Assembly: GCA_963709405.1 (NCBI GenBank)
Contig: CAVPXM010000036.1
Coordinates: forward strand, 32,001 to 96,000
From: an uncultured Nitrososphaerales archaeon
Lineage (GTDB): Archaea > Thermoproteota > Nitrososphaeria > Nitrososphaerales > Nitrososphaeraceae
Length of the DNA: 64,000 bases
Direction: 5' to 3'
Each line of letters starts with the position of its first letter. Position 1 is the first letter of the stretch. A program made the translations under genes and the position numbers. This document shows, piece after piece, positions 22,778 to 35,777 of the stretch. The notes beneath the pieces were generated by a model that did not search any database, was not told where the DNA came from, and saw only the letters and a program-made list of their open reading frames with translations.

Positions 22778-23701
22778 TCAACTGATATTCATAATATTGA
22801 GAAACAAATTGTCGTTGCTATCTGAAAGATCTACTTTACAATATTCTGCAAACTGTTCAAACTTTTTCTGTCTATCTTTGTATAAATGTTCGATAACGCC
22901 ATGAACGGGGCGATCCTTGTGATGATTTTTCAGATATGCAATGGTTGTATCATAGTCATGAATCGTGCCTAGCATATCTTGGACTTTTGCTAATTCTTCT
23001 ATCACTTGAGAGACTTTATCTTCATCTTTATTTTTGCCATTTTCACCAATTGGTAAAAGTTCTAACAGATAACGAAGCTTTTTACAATCCTTTCGCATTT
23101 CATGCAATTCTGATATCCTTTTAGGAGAACTAAGTACTATAGGATAATTCCTCTCTATTGTATTGGCCAATTTGCAAACAACATTATCAAATCTTTTCTC
23201 TAGCTTCCTTTCTGATTTATTGGTCATATTACCATCAAGTTTAGGAAGGCTTAATTTTCTTAATTCCAAAGCTATGCTTTTCGCCTCGCTGAGCTTCCTA
23301 TTTCTAAGGGTTTTTAGCGACTTGAATAAGTTCGTACCTGTTTGCGAAGACTGTATCTGTTGTTCTCGTTTTGGTGAAGGTTCAACAGATAGATATTTGG
23401 ATAACATTTCGAAAATAATATCGTAATCTCTTATCTTGCTATTTATGGAAAAAAGTTCCTTACTTTTCGCTACAAATTCTTTCATTTTCTTTTTATTTCG
23501 GATTGCCTTTGGAAGCGATTGATAGCTAGCTCGTAGTCTTCTGATCGCGGTCCTAATGTCATGAATATGTTCCTCATTAGAAGCCTTGAGATATTCATCT
23601 AACCTGTTGTTTACTCGTTGAATATTTCTCTCTGACTTGTTTAGATATGTCTTGGGATCAATAGTATACAAAATATTATCAATGGAAATGGATTTCGACA
23701 T
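22778..23701 (-). CDS. CHAD domain (polyphosphate-binding) protein
   Basis: IHDIRTAIRRLRA, IRDYDI, LHEMRKDCKKLRY, QDMLGTIHDYD. Confidence 0.88.
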   Translation of the reverse strand: MSKSISIDNILYTIDPKTYLNKSERNIQRVNNRLDEYLKASNEEHIHDIRTAIRRLRASYQSLPKAIRNKKKMKEFVAKSKELFSINSKIRDYDIIFEMLSKYLSVEPSPKREQQIQSSQTGTNLFKSLKTLRNRKLSEAKSIALELRKLSLPKLDGNMTNKSERKLEKRFDNVVCKLANTIERNYPIVLSSPKRISELHEMRKDCKKLRYLLELLPIGENGKNKDEDKVSQVIEELAKVQDMLGTIHDYDTTIAYLKNHHKDRPVHGVIEHLYKDRQKKFEQFAEYCKVDLSDSNDNLFLNIMNIS

Positions 23702-23721
23702 AATAGAATTTATACGTGCAT

Positions 23722-24285
23722 TTACAATATTAATACCGCTGCACTTATAACTGTTGTCCAGAGGCCTTCTTTGTGACCCTCTGCAGATTGCGTAAAATTT
23801 TGTGTCTTGTATATTTTCCCCGAAAGCCTCCATTGTTCTTCCCTCTGATCCCAAGCAAGAGTGGGATCATCTGGTAAACCAATAATTGTGGCAAGCATCT
23901 CCATGGCCATATCCTCAGCATAATCCCCAGCCTTCTGAGCTGTTTCGCCAGTTGAATGATGTTCAGATAAATATCCATATTGTGTATCATCAACCGGTCT
24001 GGCTAAACCAATAGATGCAGCTATTAACCTATTCGGCTCATTAGTAGCAGATCTGGCCATAACTGTAAAAGCAATTTGTCCTGGGTTCAAGTATTTTCTT
24101 CCCTCATCCTTGGCCACGATCTTGCATTGTGGAGGCTTGATACTCGATACAAAGACAAGATTTAGATCTCCAATCGAAGCATCGCGCAGAGCCACCTCAA
24201 AACTTGTAAGATAATCTTTATGTAATCCTTTCCCTTTTGTAAAAAAAATCATCCTCGGAACATATGAAAGATGATTAGATTCCAA
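23722..24285 (-). CDS. pdaD: Pyruvoyl-dependent arginine decarboxylase
   Basis: SFEVALRDAxIGDLNLVxVSSI (Ser-Ser cleavage site), GYLSEHH. Confidence 0.9.
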   Translation of the reverse strand: MESNHLSYVPRMIFFTKGKGLHKDYLTSFEVALRDASIGDLNLVFVSSIKPPQCKIVAKDEGRKYLNPGQIAFTVMARSATNEPNRLIAASIGLARPVDDTQYGYLSEHHSTGETAQKAGDYAEDMAMEMLATIIGLPDDPTLAWDQREEQWRLSGKIYKTQNFTQSAEGHKEGLWTTVISAAVLIL

Positions 24286-24546
24286 TTCTAACCCAAATCA
24301 CCATCCTCATTCTGTGATTGTTTTCCCATCCTTCAAGGCGGATGACATGATATTTAGAAGTTACTAACCAGTCACCTAGAGGCTACGCACTCAGTTGCAA
24401 GTACATGTAATAAGGATAGCGGGAGGAGCGTTATATACGACAATAACCATAGGCAGGATGATAATACTGATAGTGATATTGACTCGATAGTAGTTGGTCA
24501 TGTTAGCCCACAACCAATCTATGTAGAGGTAACTTCTGGCGATAAA

Positions 24547-25164
24547 TTGATTCTACTTAAGACTGCGATTAATGATCATTTTAGAGTCAATACGTCAGAT
24601 TCTATGACAGAAATTAGTTGTACCTTGTCAGAGATACTTCACAATGTTCAACAAGGACACAGAGTATTCATAGATGATGGAAAAATTGAGGCAGTTGGGC
24701 TTTCACACACTAAAAATTATCTTGTATTGAAGATAGTACCACCTTCTGACACAACCGCTAAAATAAAAACAGAAAAAGACCTAAACTTTCCAGATTCGGA
24801 ATTAGCTGTGGCTGCTATTACTGCTGAAGACATCGAAAATCTTGATTTTATAGTTAATCATGCGACCGCGGTTGAGCAGTCTTTTGTTCACTCATCTAAG
24901 GATATTCAAGATCTGTATGATGCCTTGGTAAGATGGGTCGTTCAGATTTTGGGATCATGGCAAAGATGGAAACACCTAATGCCATTCATAATTTATCAAA
25001 GATACTTCTGTCTGGCCTTGATCTGCCAGAATTTGGAATATTTATTGCGAGGGGGATTTGGCTGTGGAAATCGGTTTTGAAAATCTGTCACTAGTTCAGG
25101 AGGATATTCTTTATCTTTGTATGAAGCAGATCACGTACCTGTTATTCTAGCGACGGAGATACTA
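24547..25164 (+). pseudogene. Pyruvate kinase-like fragment interrupted by IS630
   Basis: FIDDGKIE, KTEKDLNFPD, SFVHS, RGDLAVE out of frame; close paralog of 54680-55429. Confidence 0.8.
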
Positions 25165-26270
25165 TACTGCCTAACATAATTTGATGCAACTGTCTGATGG
25201 TCTTGGCCAATACAAATTTAGCTTGAGGGCATTGTGTACCTAATCTGTTGGCGACTGCAGCTTTGAGCAACGCCTATAGAAATGAAAAAGATGCTGACCT
25301 AAGGGAAAGAATTCTACTAGTAAGGCTTGTTAGAGAAGATAAGAAAGAAGCATCCAGTGTAGCTGAAAAGGAATTCCATAGATCTAGATGGTGGGCTTAC
25401 AAATGGCTCAAGAGATTTGATAATTCTGGTTTGGAAGGACTAAAGAATAAGCATAGAAGTGGTAGACCTCCAGAAGTGTCGGAAGAAACATCTACCAAGA
25501 TAAGAAAAGAATAGTCATAAAATCAATCAGGATGGATGGCTAAAGAAGTCATGAATTTGATATATGAAAGAACATGAGTCAAATATCATGAAGTTCATAT
25601 CTACAGACTATTACATAGATGGGGTTTCAGTCCTAAAGTACCAAGAATGAAATTTGTTAATGCTGCATCAAAGCAAGAGAAAAACGAGTTTCGAAAAAGG
25701 CAAGAAGGATAATCTCACGAATACCTCAAGGCTTTACCATCACAGTTATGGACGAATCCATCTTTATACATGATTCTTTGGTTCGAAGGAAGATGTGGAC
25801 TGCAGATAGAATAAGACCAATTGTAACTATTACTGGATCACACCAAAGGACCTGTGTATTTGGTGCTCTGTGTATAGACGGAAGACAGTTCTTTCGTCAG
25901 TATGAATCCTTTAACCAATACACCTTTCTGGATTATCTCATACAATTGCAAAGAAGGTTTGGAAAACTAATATTGTTCATAGACAGAGCACGTCAACATC
26001 ACCGGTCCATCATGGTAAGAGAATACATAGAGCAAAACAAAGACGTTCTAAAAGTAATATATTTTCCAAAAGGTTCGTCTGAATTTAATGCTATAGAAGA
26101 ATGCTGGAGACAGGGAAAATATGATCTCTTGGTATCGAAATACTATCCGAAATTTGCAAATTTCAGACATACTATAGCCAACTACTATAGAACAAGACGG
26201 TTCAGACTACACTAGACATAGTCAAATATCTATCGAGGAGTGTGAGTTAGCGAATTAATGTTACTGAGTC
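25165..26270 (+). mobile_element. IS630-family element, inactive (copy 1)
   Basis: TA on both flanks, imperfect IR; HTH ORF with RSGRPP; DDE ORF MDES...DRARQH...NAIEECW; internal stops. Confidence 0.88.
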
Positions 26271-26524
26271 TAGATAGTGGTAAAAAGTATCTTAGGAAAA
26301 CACAATCTCAGATCAATTTGGCATTGAAATTCTCTTAGCGAACTAATGGCCAAGTCTATCCTCATCAGCGTGACATAAATGATTGACCTAATACCATATT
26401 TCTTCTGGAGTATCACTTTTGGAAATTATTTATTCATCGTACCTCATAGTCTCATAAGGGATTTCATCGAAAGTTCACTCAATTATCTCAATCGGAGTCC
26501 TGAGCCAATATAATGATACTAATA

Positions 26525-27073
26525 TCAACGGATATAGGACTGGGTAGTTTTATCAAATTTTTTTACAATTTGAAAGTTGTCTTCAAACGTATTATTTTGA
26601 AATAGTCTTATCTCTGGAAATAGGGACCAAGGTTCGTATCTAGACATCCGAGATGCAAGATGATCTTCTCCGAACATAACTCGACATAAATCGTAAGTCA
26701 TGTTCCTGACTTGCAATTCATCTATAATACCAAAGCTGTGAAGATACTCATGACTAAGCACCATAAATAGATATGAATTATATTCTTCTCGAGATTTACG
26801 TATTCGGATTATGTCTAATATTCGCTTGTTTATTATAATCATATTGGAACCAACAACATGGTAAGCACCTAGCTCACTTGGCAATCCTTGCAATACCAAA
26901 CTTAATCCAGCTCGATGCATACCGAATTTAGTCTCAACTGCTGATTTTATCAATTCAAATATCCCATCAAAGTCTTTTAGTTCTAATAGCGTATCTCGAT
27001 AATATTGTTGTCCATTAGCAAACATTAATGATTTCGATGGAGTGTCATCTTTTATGTCTTTTACACTAATCAC
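26525..27073 (-). CDS. HExxH zincin-like conserved archaeal protein
   Basis: LGAYH...SNMIIIN...VLSHEYLHSFG. Confidence 0.7.
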   Translation of the reverse strand: MISVKDIKDDTPSKSLMFANGQQYYRDTLLELKDFDGIFELIKSAVETKFGMHRAGLSLVLQGLPSELGAYHVVGSNMIIINKRILDIIRIRKSREEYNSYLFMVLSHEYLHSFGIIDELQVRNMTYDLCRVMFGEDHLASRMSRYEPWSLFPEIRLFQNNTFEDNFQIVKKFDKTTQSYIR

Positions 27074-27620
27074 CTATTCACTTATAGGACAAATATTCAA
27101 TATAAATATGATAGTTAGTCAAATAATACTACATTACCATTAGGTAATGTGATATAGAATACTAACTTATAAGATAGATCCAACTTATTCTTCCTAGTTG
27201 AGAAAGCCTGTTCCTGCTGTCTGCAACTATTACAACAAAAGAAAAAGATGAAATAATGGTCAACAGCGCAAAAAGTCTCTATCCTTCTTCTCCTGATCTT
27301 TTAGATAGAAAGTAGAATTTGTTACTGCGGATCTACGTGGCCCACCACCGTGCCTAATGCCTAATTTTGACGCCGTCTGTGGTGTGAGTACATTGTGCGC
27401 GCGCCTCATGGCCGACTATAACCGTTGACTTTAAAAGATTCAATCGTGCAAATTGCAATTTTTACTTCATCTATTAGCAATAGTCACGTTTCCATTTTGA
27501 TTTGTTAGCAATAACATTCTTAATTATTCTAAAATCTTAGATACCTGTATCTATAGTATATTCAAATATGATACAGAGGATGTCCGAACGTCGGTGGTGG
27601 CATAAGGGAAGAGGAAATCA

Positions 27621-28577
27621 ATGACTAGAACTACAATAGACCCATGGCCGCCACTTCAATTGGCAGGGTGGCAAGATACGTATAATACGCTGCATATGTG
27701 GACTCAAATCATTGGAAAGATCAGACTTGCACTTACTCCCCCAGTAAATCATTGGTGGAACTCTACCCTGTATATTACACCACATGGACTCACAACATCC
27801 TCCATGTATCACAATGACCGACTCTTACAGATAGACTTTGATTTCATTTCCCACCTACTGCTCATTATAACGGCTGACAATCCTACCAAGACAATCGCTC
27901 TCCGACCATGTTCGGTAGCCGAGTTTTATCAAGAAACTATGGCAGCCCTAAAATCACTTGGAATACCTGTAACCATTTGGACTACACCAGTAGAAGTCCC
28001 TGACCGAACCCCATTTGAGCATGACCGAAAACACGCCGCATATGATCCTGAATATGCACAGCGATTCTGGCGAATTCTAGCTCAGGCTAGCCGCGTGCTT
28101 TATGAGTTCCGCTCCAGTTTTATTGGCAAAGTGAGCCCTGTACATTTTTTCTGGGGAGCTTTTGATCTAGCCGTCACACGCTTTTCAGGACGCAAGGCGC
28201 CTTCACACCCTGGCGCGCCATACTGTGCTCCTTTTGTGATGGTCGAAGCCTATTCGCATGAAGTAAGTAGCTGTGGTTTCTGGCCTGGTGGTGGACCTGT
28301 TAATGAACCTGTCTTCTATGCTTACTCGTATCCCGAGCCTCAGGGCTTCAATGAGTACCCAATTCAACCAAAGGAGGCTTTCTATCATACTGAGATGAGA
28401 GAGTTCCTGTTGCCCTACAATGTAGTCCGTACCGCAAATTCGCCTGATCAGGTTTTATTGGCTTTTCTCCAAAGCACATATGAGGCTGCTCAACTTGTGC
28501 GAAATGGGATAGAAATGCATTGGAGCGTCAATTGTAGCGGTAACATATCATTGCATTTCCTTTACATAAGAAACTAA
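27621..28577 (+). CDS. DUF5996 family protein (frameshift near 3' end)
   Basis: TLHMWTQIIGK, SPVHFFWGAFDLAVTRFSG, EAYSHEVSSCGFWPGG; GC-richer than flanks. Confidence 0.88.
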   Translation: MTRTTIDPWPPLQLAGWQDTYNTLHMWTQIIGKIRLALTPPVNHWWNSTLYITPHGLTTSSMYHNDRLLQIDFDFISHLLLIITADNPTKTIALRPCSVAEFYQETMAALKSLGIPVTIWTTPVEVPDRTPFEHDRKHAAYDPEYAQRFWRILAQASRVLYEFRSSFIGKVSPVHFFWGAFDLAVTRFSGRKAPSHPGAPYCAPFVMVEAYSHEVSSCGFWPGGGPVNEPVFYAYSYPEPQGFNEYPIQPKEAFYHTEMREFLLPYNVVRTANSPDQVLLAFLQSTYEAAQLVRNGIEMHWSVNCSGNISLHFLYIRN

Positions 28578-28980
28578 TACAGAAAATGAAACAAGAAGAC
28601 AATAGAAAAATCAAACTAGAAGGCTTTGTTAATGAGGGGCTGAAACTTACAATTACTCGTTGTATTTCATTATTCATTTTCTTGACTTTACAACCTCTGC
28701 AATTACTTCATTTAAGTATGATTCCATAACTGTATCGGCAATCTGCTTTTCCATTTAAGATGTACCTATATTATCTAGAAATTTTGATGATACTTAGCAT
28801 TTGAAGATGCGCTTAATGATAAATAACTAAGATATTTTAGAATTTCAGTTGATTAGTACGTTTACGTGGAAAATTGAATATATTTATTTTTTTATAACTA
28901 AGAGAGAATCATCGTAAGCTAGGATACAGAAAAATCAGTAATGATTGTTACGATAGCTTATATACATTACGCGCATAAGA

Positions 28981-30905
28981 TTGCAAGTGCTCTCCATCCC
29001 AAAAAATAAGAGCATGAATAGTAGTAATAACAGGAACCAACTAATGGTTACCTTCAAAGGATTAAAGTATGGAGCCTTTGCTGGTTTTATAGCAACTTGG
29101 TCCATATCTTCAGTGATCGCCGTAACTGAAATATTACTCGGATTGAATATTGGTACATTTTACTCGATTATGGGCATTAGCTTAGGAGTTAATAATATTG
29201 CGGCTACCACATCTACAGCTTTTGGTCTTCATCTTTTGATTGGAACTATAATAGGGGCGATACTTGGTATCATTGGGATCAGATGGAAAAAAGTGCGTAT
29301 GCTCAATCCGTACAAGAGTGCATTGGTTGGCATGGGAGCAGGTATCGTAGTATGGCTAGTATTGTTCCTTCCAATAACTACGTTCCTGGTTCAACCAGCT
29401 ATTAATTCCATCACTACTATGTTGGCTATACAATCGCAGAAGGTACTAGTGTCTGAAGATGCTTTGTTGCACAAAATCATTATCATATAGGTATGAGTTT
29501 GTTGACCAATTGAGATTTAGCTAACATGTAATGAGATTATTGTTGGACATGATTAACTGGTCTTTTTATAACAAATCGCTAGTTAGGCGAGGTGAAGTTA
29601 TTCTAGATTTTGATGTCATAGATAGTTGGTATAGTGAGTTGGACTTAATGAATGATGGAAAGAGGGGTGGACAGTACCACTATCCAGATTCGTTTATCCA
29701 ATTACTAGGTTACATGAGGGTATATTTTCATCTGCCATACCGCCAAGCAGAAGGCGTAGTCATAGCTCATGCTGGTAATAAGAAGATACCATCTATTCCA
29801 AACTACAGTACAATTAACAGACGTATTAATAACCAGGATATCAGAATCAGCGAACGACATGAGGTAGGTAATGATGATGACATCATTATAGCATTAGATA
29901 GTACAGGAATCAAAGTTGCTAATAGAGGTGAATGGATACGACATAAATGGCACGTAAGAAGAGGTTATCTGAAAATACATGTAGCAGTAAACATCAAGAA
30001 TAAGAAGATTATTTCTTTGGAGGTTACTAGTGAAGAAGTACACGATGGCAAGATGCTAAAGAAGTTGATTGATAATGCTTCTGCAAATAACAATGTAAAG
30101 GGTGCGTTAGCAGATGGTATGTATGACAGTAATAAGAATTTTAGATATCTATCCAAGAACCATATTAAACCTGGTATAAAGACAAGAAGTAATTCCAAGG
30201 TCAAGACAGGCAACTGTCAAGCAAGGAATAGGTCTGTAATGAGACAACAAACAAATCTCAAAAGATGGAAACATAGCGTGAGCTATGGACAAAGGTGGAT
30301 GGCAGAAACGGTATTCTCGTCTATCAAAAGAACGTTTGGCGAGTATGTAACTGCAAGAAAGTTTCAGAATATGGCCAAAGAGATGTTGCTAAAAGCATCA
30401 CTGTATAACATGTTTGCTATCGGGATGTAGAGATATAGATAATGTACGAATGATAAAATGATTCATGCAACAGAGCTTCTGAAGATATAAACTTGTCCAT
30501 TAGAAATATTACATTAATTGCAATTGCATTTCACTTGATATGGGGTGCGATATTTGGATTTATTATTAGCTCTCTGCTAAGAATCAGGCTTTTTAGAATA
30601 AAGGAACACTACAAAGATGATGTACTCTCGTCATCATCAAGGTTTAGAGAACTTGCTTACCCCAGAAGGGAGCAAAAAAATCACTTGAGATGGCTATGAA
30701 TGCATGGAAGGTACGTAGCGAACTTTCACACAAGATAGGAAAGGGAATGTACGTAGTCGCAGAGTATGAAAGGATAAAGCGCATCACTATGCCATTTGGA
30801 GATGACTATCTCCTATATCTAACTACAGAGACAGGAGCAGACCATTTTGATATAATCAATCGAATTCGTAAATTAGAAGTGGGGCTAAAGTATTCCAATA
30901 GATGA
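28981..30905 (+). pseudogene. Multi-pass membrane protein plus DUF6659-like domain, split by IS5
   Basis: Removing the IS and one target copy restores VSEDINLSIRN in frame; 3' part IGKGMYVVAEYERIKRITMP. Confidence 0.7.
29461..30477 (+). mobile_element. IS5-family (ISH1-like) element with intact transposase
   Basis: IR GCTTTGTTGCA / TGCAACAGAGC; TSD TCTGAAGA(T); uninterrupted ORF 29531-30430 with LDSTG, ADGMYD and YGQRWMAETVFS. Confidence 0.93.
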
Positions 30906-31112
30906 TTAGCGTATGATCTGCTGGTATTTCCCAAGATTCTCTTATTATACAGTATTTGATTAGCTATATACTAGAATGCATGGAAGAAGGACGGTCCGTG
31001 AAACCTAAAATATAGGATTCAATGTTATTAACTGCCCTGTGTATATCGAACCGTCAATCTATAGATCCGATGTCTCATTTTAGAGAATGTTTATAATCTG
31101 ATATGCTGCACA

Positions 31113-31406
31113 TCATATTAGAGAACACTCTCCGAGATAACTAAACCGGATATTATGAGAATCAGATATTGTCGCGTTTTGACAGCGATAAATTTCGACC
31201 GCATATACATGCTTACACTTGAGATCACGACAAGCATGGTCTGGACATGAACAAACCCATCCAGATTGGGTTACAATGACGTTGTAAGTATCGTAGCCAG
31301 ATTTTGATCTGACACTATAATTAAATTTGTTAATCATCATAATGGCGTCACTCGTGCGAGCTATCAATTTGCCTTGCTCTTCACGGTTAACGAGTTGTCT
31401 AGGCAT
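31113..31406 (-). CDS. SWIM zinc-finger protein (probable fragment)
   Basis: CSCPDH...CKHVYAV. Confidence 0.75.
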   Translation of the reverse strand: MPRQLVNREEQGKLIARTSDAIMMINKFNYSVRSKSGYDTYNVIVTQSGWVCSCPDHACRDLKCKHVYAVEIYRCQNATISDSHNIRFSYLGECSLI

Positions 31407-31480
31407 CTTTAGGCAATCGCGCGTGAAGATCAGATTAATAGCATCTTGAACTAGGTATGATTAGAGTTCGACTAACTAAT

Positions 31481-32915
31481 CTAATCCACTATGTCGGAGA
31501 TCCCCTGTTTCAATAAGAGCTTTTCAAAGTAGTTATCAAATTTATTATTAGTAACTATGTCATCAGAATAAATTCCAAGAGTAATTACTCTTCCTCTTTT
31601 GTAATCAAGTTCATAAGTAGCAATTATAGGCTTATTTGATGCTTGTCCTAGTGATGCAGATGAGGATAGTACTGGGAAATAGGTCTTCGGGATTGAAGCG
31701 TTATAGTTAAACAATACCACATCATGTGGATTGTCTAAATATTGTTCTTCATGTGGTTTATACCCAAATGGATTATTTTGAAATGCTTTTACGCACAGGT
31801 AGCATAGATAATTACTTCCGATCCATTGTGAGGTCTCGTTTTTCCACCTCTCGGCTACACTTTTCCATGCGGTTCTACCATTAAATGCCCAATAATGGCC
31901 TTTGACTAAGCTTACCATGTCTTTCTGATGATCATAGTTTACTTCGGCATAAAACACATTACCATCCAAAAGAAGCATAGTACCACCATTTGCAACAAAT
32001 CTTTTCAAGTTATCATATTCTCGCTGTGTGACATATTCTTGATGTCCCAATAAGACAAGATCAAATGCATTACTTCCATTCTTTGTGAACATAAAGCCAT
32101 TGTCTGCAGCAGGATCATCAAATACTGTAATATTGGAATCAGGACTCACGTGCTTGATATCAGTAAGGAGTTTTAACATTGAAAACACATAAGGCAAGGA
32201 TGGATACCATGAAGCATTAACTGGTACAGATAACAGACTTAGATCGGTAGTAACATTTTTGCCAACTGGTGTGTTACTGTATAGCTTGTAGAATTTATAA
32301 AATCCATTGGCATATGCGGCAACCGTAAATGAAGGTTTAACTAATGCAATACGAGGACCTTTTTCAGACGAAACATCTCCTCGTTTCTGAAGGGTTTCGT
32401 TAGTTATCTGTTGCTGCGACAAATTGTCTCGTCTAGTAACTCTGTTGGAAAGCTGAGCAGAGGATGAAGAAGCATTATTAGCTGATATACTAACACTAGT
32501 ACCATGATTGTTGTAAATGCCACTATTGATGCTCAGCTTCATTAATGTTAGCAGAGATGAAGACAAAGGTATAGAGACGTTTATTAATGAGTTATTAATA
32601 CTACTTTCTTCATTGGCCTTCCTAGTTAGTGAAGGATAATAGCTCGCCTGTCGGGTTTGCATAGTTACCAATCCAAGTATAGTCTCATTATTACGCTTAA
32701 CAAATGGAGAGGTTATTTGTAGTCTTCTTTATGCTATTGCTCAGTTGAGTTTTAACATCATATACTTTGGCTAATGCTGCCGTATGTAGAGATAAGCCAC
32801 CACCTCCATTATTAATCCTGTAATTATTCAATAAATCGTCATAAGCGGACAAGATTACTGCCATGATGATCATGGAAATAATAGTCACTAAGGACAATGC
32901 CTTTAACTTCTGCAT
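31481..32915 (-). CDS. Secreted protein with N,N-dimethylformamidase beta-like (class I amidotransferase fold) domain; frameshift near 32690
   Basis: FTxAAY, LGHQEY, FVANGG...DGNVFYAEV; signal peptide lies in the upstream ORF 32697-32915. Confidence 0.65.
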
Positions 32916-33101
32916 TTTCTAAAGATGTGTCACCTCGTCATCCTCTATTTCTGATGGACATAATAGATTTACGCGACACACACACTATAAATTATTGATT
33001 AACAATGTTATTCAATTTTTAGCCGACAGATCTATGAAAATAATCTTTATCACTTGTGGTCCCAACAAAGAATTAGATGGTGAACTGTGATCTGGTAAAG
33101 C

Positions 33102-33643
33102 GGCTCTGTAAAGTTAAGGAAAAGCTATAGGTTTCTTTCTCGTTTTTATATATGGTATACCAAGTAAGAAAAAGAACGGAACCTGAAGACATAGTATATG
33201 CTTTGCATCTTTATTTTAATGGTATTTCGTTAAGAAATACTTCTAAGGCCATATCCAAATTTGTTACAAGAAGCCATACTGCCATAAGAGATTGGATTCA
33301 AAAGTATAATCCTAAAAGATTGTTCTATAGAAAGACCAAGATATTCGAATTCATACTCGACGAAACCCAAATCAAAGTTGGTTCTGAGTTAATTAATTTG
33401 GCTTTGGGTTGCCATAGAGCCTGAAAGTAAAGAGGTTCTAAGATTGAATATATCAAAAGAGAGAAATATGTTTGTGGCAGAGATTTCTATCAAATGTTGT
33501 AAAAGAATATGGAGAACATCCGGTTTCTACCGATGGCGGTACTTGGTATCCACAAGCCTGTCAATTCTTGAAACTAAATCATCGTCACATCCATTCTTCA
33601 TATAAGAAAACTATCATAGAAAGGACGATACAGTATATAATAA
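33102..33643 (+). mobile_element. IS6-family element, truncated by IS1595
   Basis: Same IR GGCTCTGTAAAGTTAAG at 33102; RKRTEPEDI, LDETQ and STDGGTWY; 3' end missing. Confidence 0.85.
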
Positions 33644-34573
33644 GGTAATACCTAAGAAGTTGGAACAGTTCTTACCATTATTTTAGCTAGTAACCGGAAG
33701 ATATCTTCGTTCCTATGGTTGAATCTAAATTCTATTTCTTTAAGGTACAGGTGAAAGTACTGTTTGGGTACTCCTCGATAATGATACAACCAGGTCTTTG
33801 CATAACTCCAGAATCCTTCAATACCATTGATATGACTAGTATCTTCACGTTACATATTCTTCCATTCGATGAGCAATTATCTGATGTTTTCCGATTAGAC
33901 CTAATGAAGCATATGCAGTATGGTCATCGGTATAATACAAGGAACCCTTCTTAGTATGGAGTTTAATTAATGGAATTAATGTATCATGTATTCTGTCAGA
34001 TACAGGAAATGTGATGACCTTGCCATTCCTCTGATATATTCCAAATACCAGGCTTTTACCTTCTGCACCCCATCAGCGTTTTCCTTTCCTATGTCCACCA
34101 AATAATGCTTCGTCTATTTCTATTTCTCCTGACAGCTTCTTCAGCTCCTTTAATTTCTGAAGTGATTCATTGTAGATTGATTGTCTGAATACCCTGAATG
34201 TTCTCTCTATTGTGGCCAAGCTAAGTGGAACATAAAATCGGATTCTGTACGCTGGTACTCCAAGAGCATAGAGATAGAGTAGGTGTGCTAGTATATCAAG
34301 TGAGAAATAAAACTCTCCAAGATAAGTTCCTGTCAACTCTCCAAATTTGTATCTGCAACGTTTGCATCCAAACCTCTTATCTTTAAGATGGTACAACAAT
34401 CGATATCCACATCTTGGACATCGTCTCCTTCCTTTCCATCTAGCATGACGCAAATATACGCGGCTTTTTGTCACACTTCCAGCGAGTTCTATAGGACTAG
34501 ATTCACGCACGCATCACGAATAGGGCACTAGAAATTATCCCTTATTATCTGTTCCAAGTTCTTGGGTATTACC
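33644..34573 (-). mobile_element. IS1595-family element, transposase with a nonsense mutation
   Basis: 25-bp IR GGTAATACCTAAGAAGTTGGAACAG / rc GGTAATACCCAAGAACTTGGAACAG; Zn ribbon CPRCG..CKRC, EIDEALFGG, then TGA, then WGAEGK. Confidence 0.88.
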
Positions 34574-35340
34574 AAAATTTATAATGATAATCCAAAGATA
34601 TAGAAAGTCCTATTTCGCTAGAAAGTATCTTCGCCACATTTTCATAATCATTTCTTGTTGCTCCATCTTTCCTAAGAAATACAGAATCGGTGTCTGCATA
34701 TACTAGCTCAAAACCCAATTGCTGTATGATGTCCTTTGTCTTTAACAATACTTCTCTTGCCAGCCTGTTGATCTCTTCAAAAGCAAAAACATTGCCAAAT
34801 CTGTTCCATATAGGGCCGGTGGTGCCATACAGACAAACAAGTATTTTCTTTAGAGCTTCAATCCACTGCTCACACCAAAATGCTTCTTCAATATTCTCTT
34901 TGGGAATTTTCTTCAAGAGCTCCTTAAAGTAAGTTCTGCGTTTGAGCACCTATTCTACTACTCGTGGCAGCAATGCCTTCTCCTCTTCATCATCATCAGA
35001 TCCTTTTACTGCTTTTCTCTGACTTGGTGTAGCAGCAGAGGTCGAAGAAATAACTGTCTCATAACTCAAATTATGTTTTACTATTAGATTTGCGTATTCG
35101 CTCTCATAATCTAATACGACTACATTCTCATGCAGACCTATCTGAGGTGAAATTATCATGCCACCTTTATCATTCTCAACTATGTTTTCAACGGTTTTAA
35201 TTTGCTCATGAGTTGCAGCATTTTTCTTATGAGGGATAACAAAGCCTCTTTGAAATAGCTCATAACAATTCCTGCTATCTATCAATCGACTTATTCCGTA
35301 TTGAGATACAAGTCCCAATGGTAAGAAACTGAACCGTTCC
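34574..35340 (-). pseudogene. Family B DNA polymerase fragment (PolB2-like)
   Basis: Motif A variant LDYESEYANLI, motif B KxILVCLYG, motif C YADTDS; in-frame TAG at 34950-34952; cut by IS1595. Confidence 0.85.
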
Positions 35341-35492
35341 TGTCTGTCTACAAATTTCGCCTACTCTAGTTGATTCTCTTCTTGACCTTTGATGTATTAC
35401 AACTATACTTTTTTTCCCTGCGTATTATAAACTAAAAATTGAATAGGATTAGCCATGAGTAAATCAAACTTGACGGAAATGGAGAAAGAAAT

Positions 35493-35735
35493 ATGCCAAC
35501 AATAGTGCACTTTGAAATTCCTTCGGATGACATCGAAAGATCAAAAAAGTTCTATAATGAATTGTTTGGATGGAAAATAGAAAAATTGGCTAGTGCAGAT
35601 AATAGCCAGTTGACCTCGGCAGCAGATGGTCAGCCAATGGAATATTGGATGGTGACAACAATAGATGATAAAGGAAATAAAGCATTAGGTGGTGGAATGA
35701 TGAAAAGACAAATGCCAGACTTTCATACTCTGTAA
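35493..35735 (+). pseudogene. VOC/glyoxalase family protein, truncated
   Basis: IVHFEIPSDDIERSKKFYxELFGW, GGGMMKRQ; second half missing. Confidence 0.75.
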
Positions 35736-35777
35736 CAAAAAGGGACTGATCTCCTTACATATATACTATGACAGTTA

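Noticed and set aside
23702-23854. N-terminal extension of the CHAD ORF
   Set aside because: Overlaps pdaD in another frame; the ATG at 23701 is more plausible.
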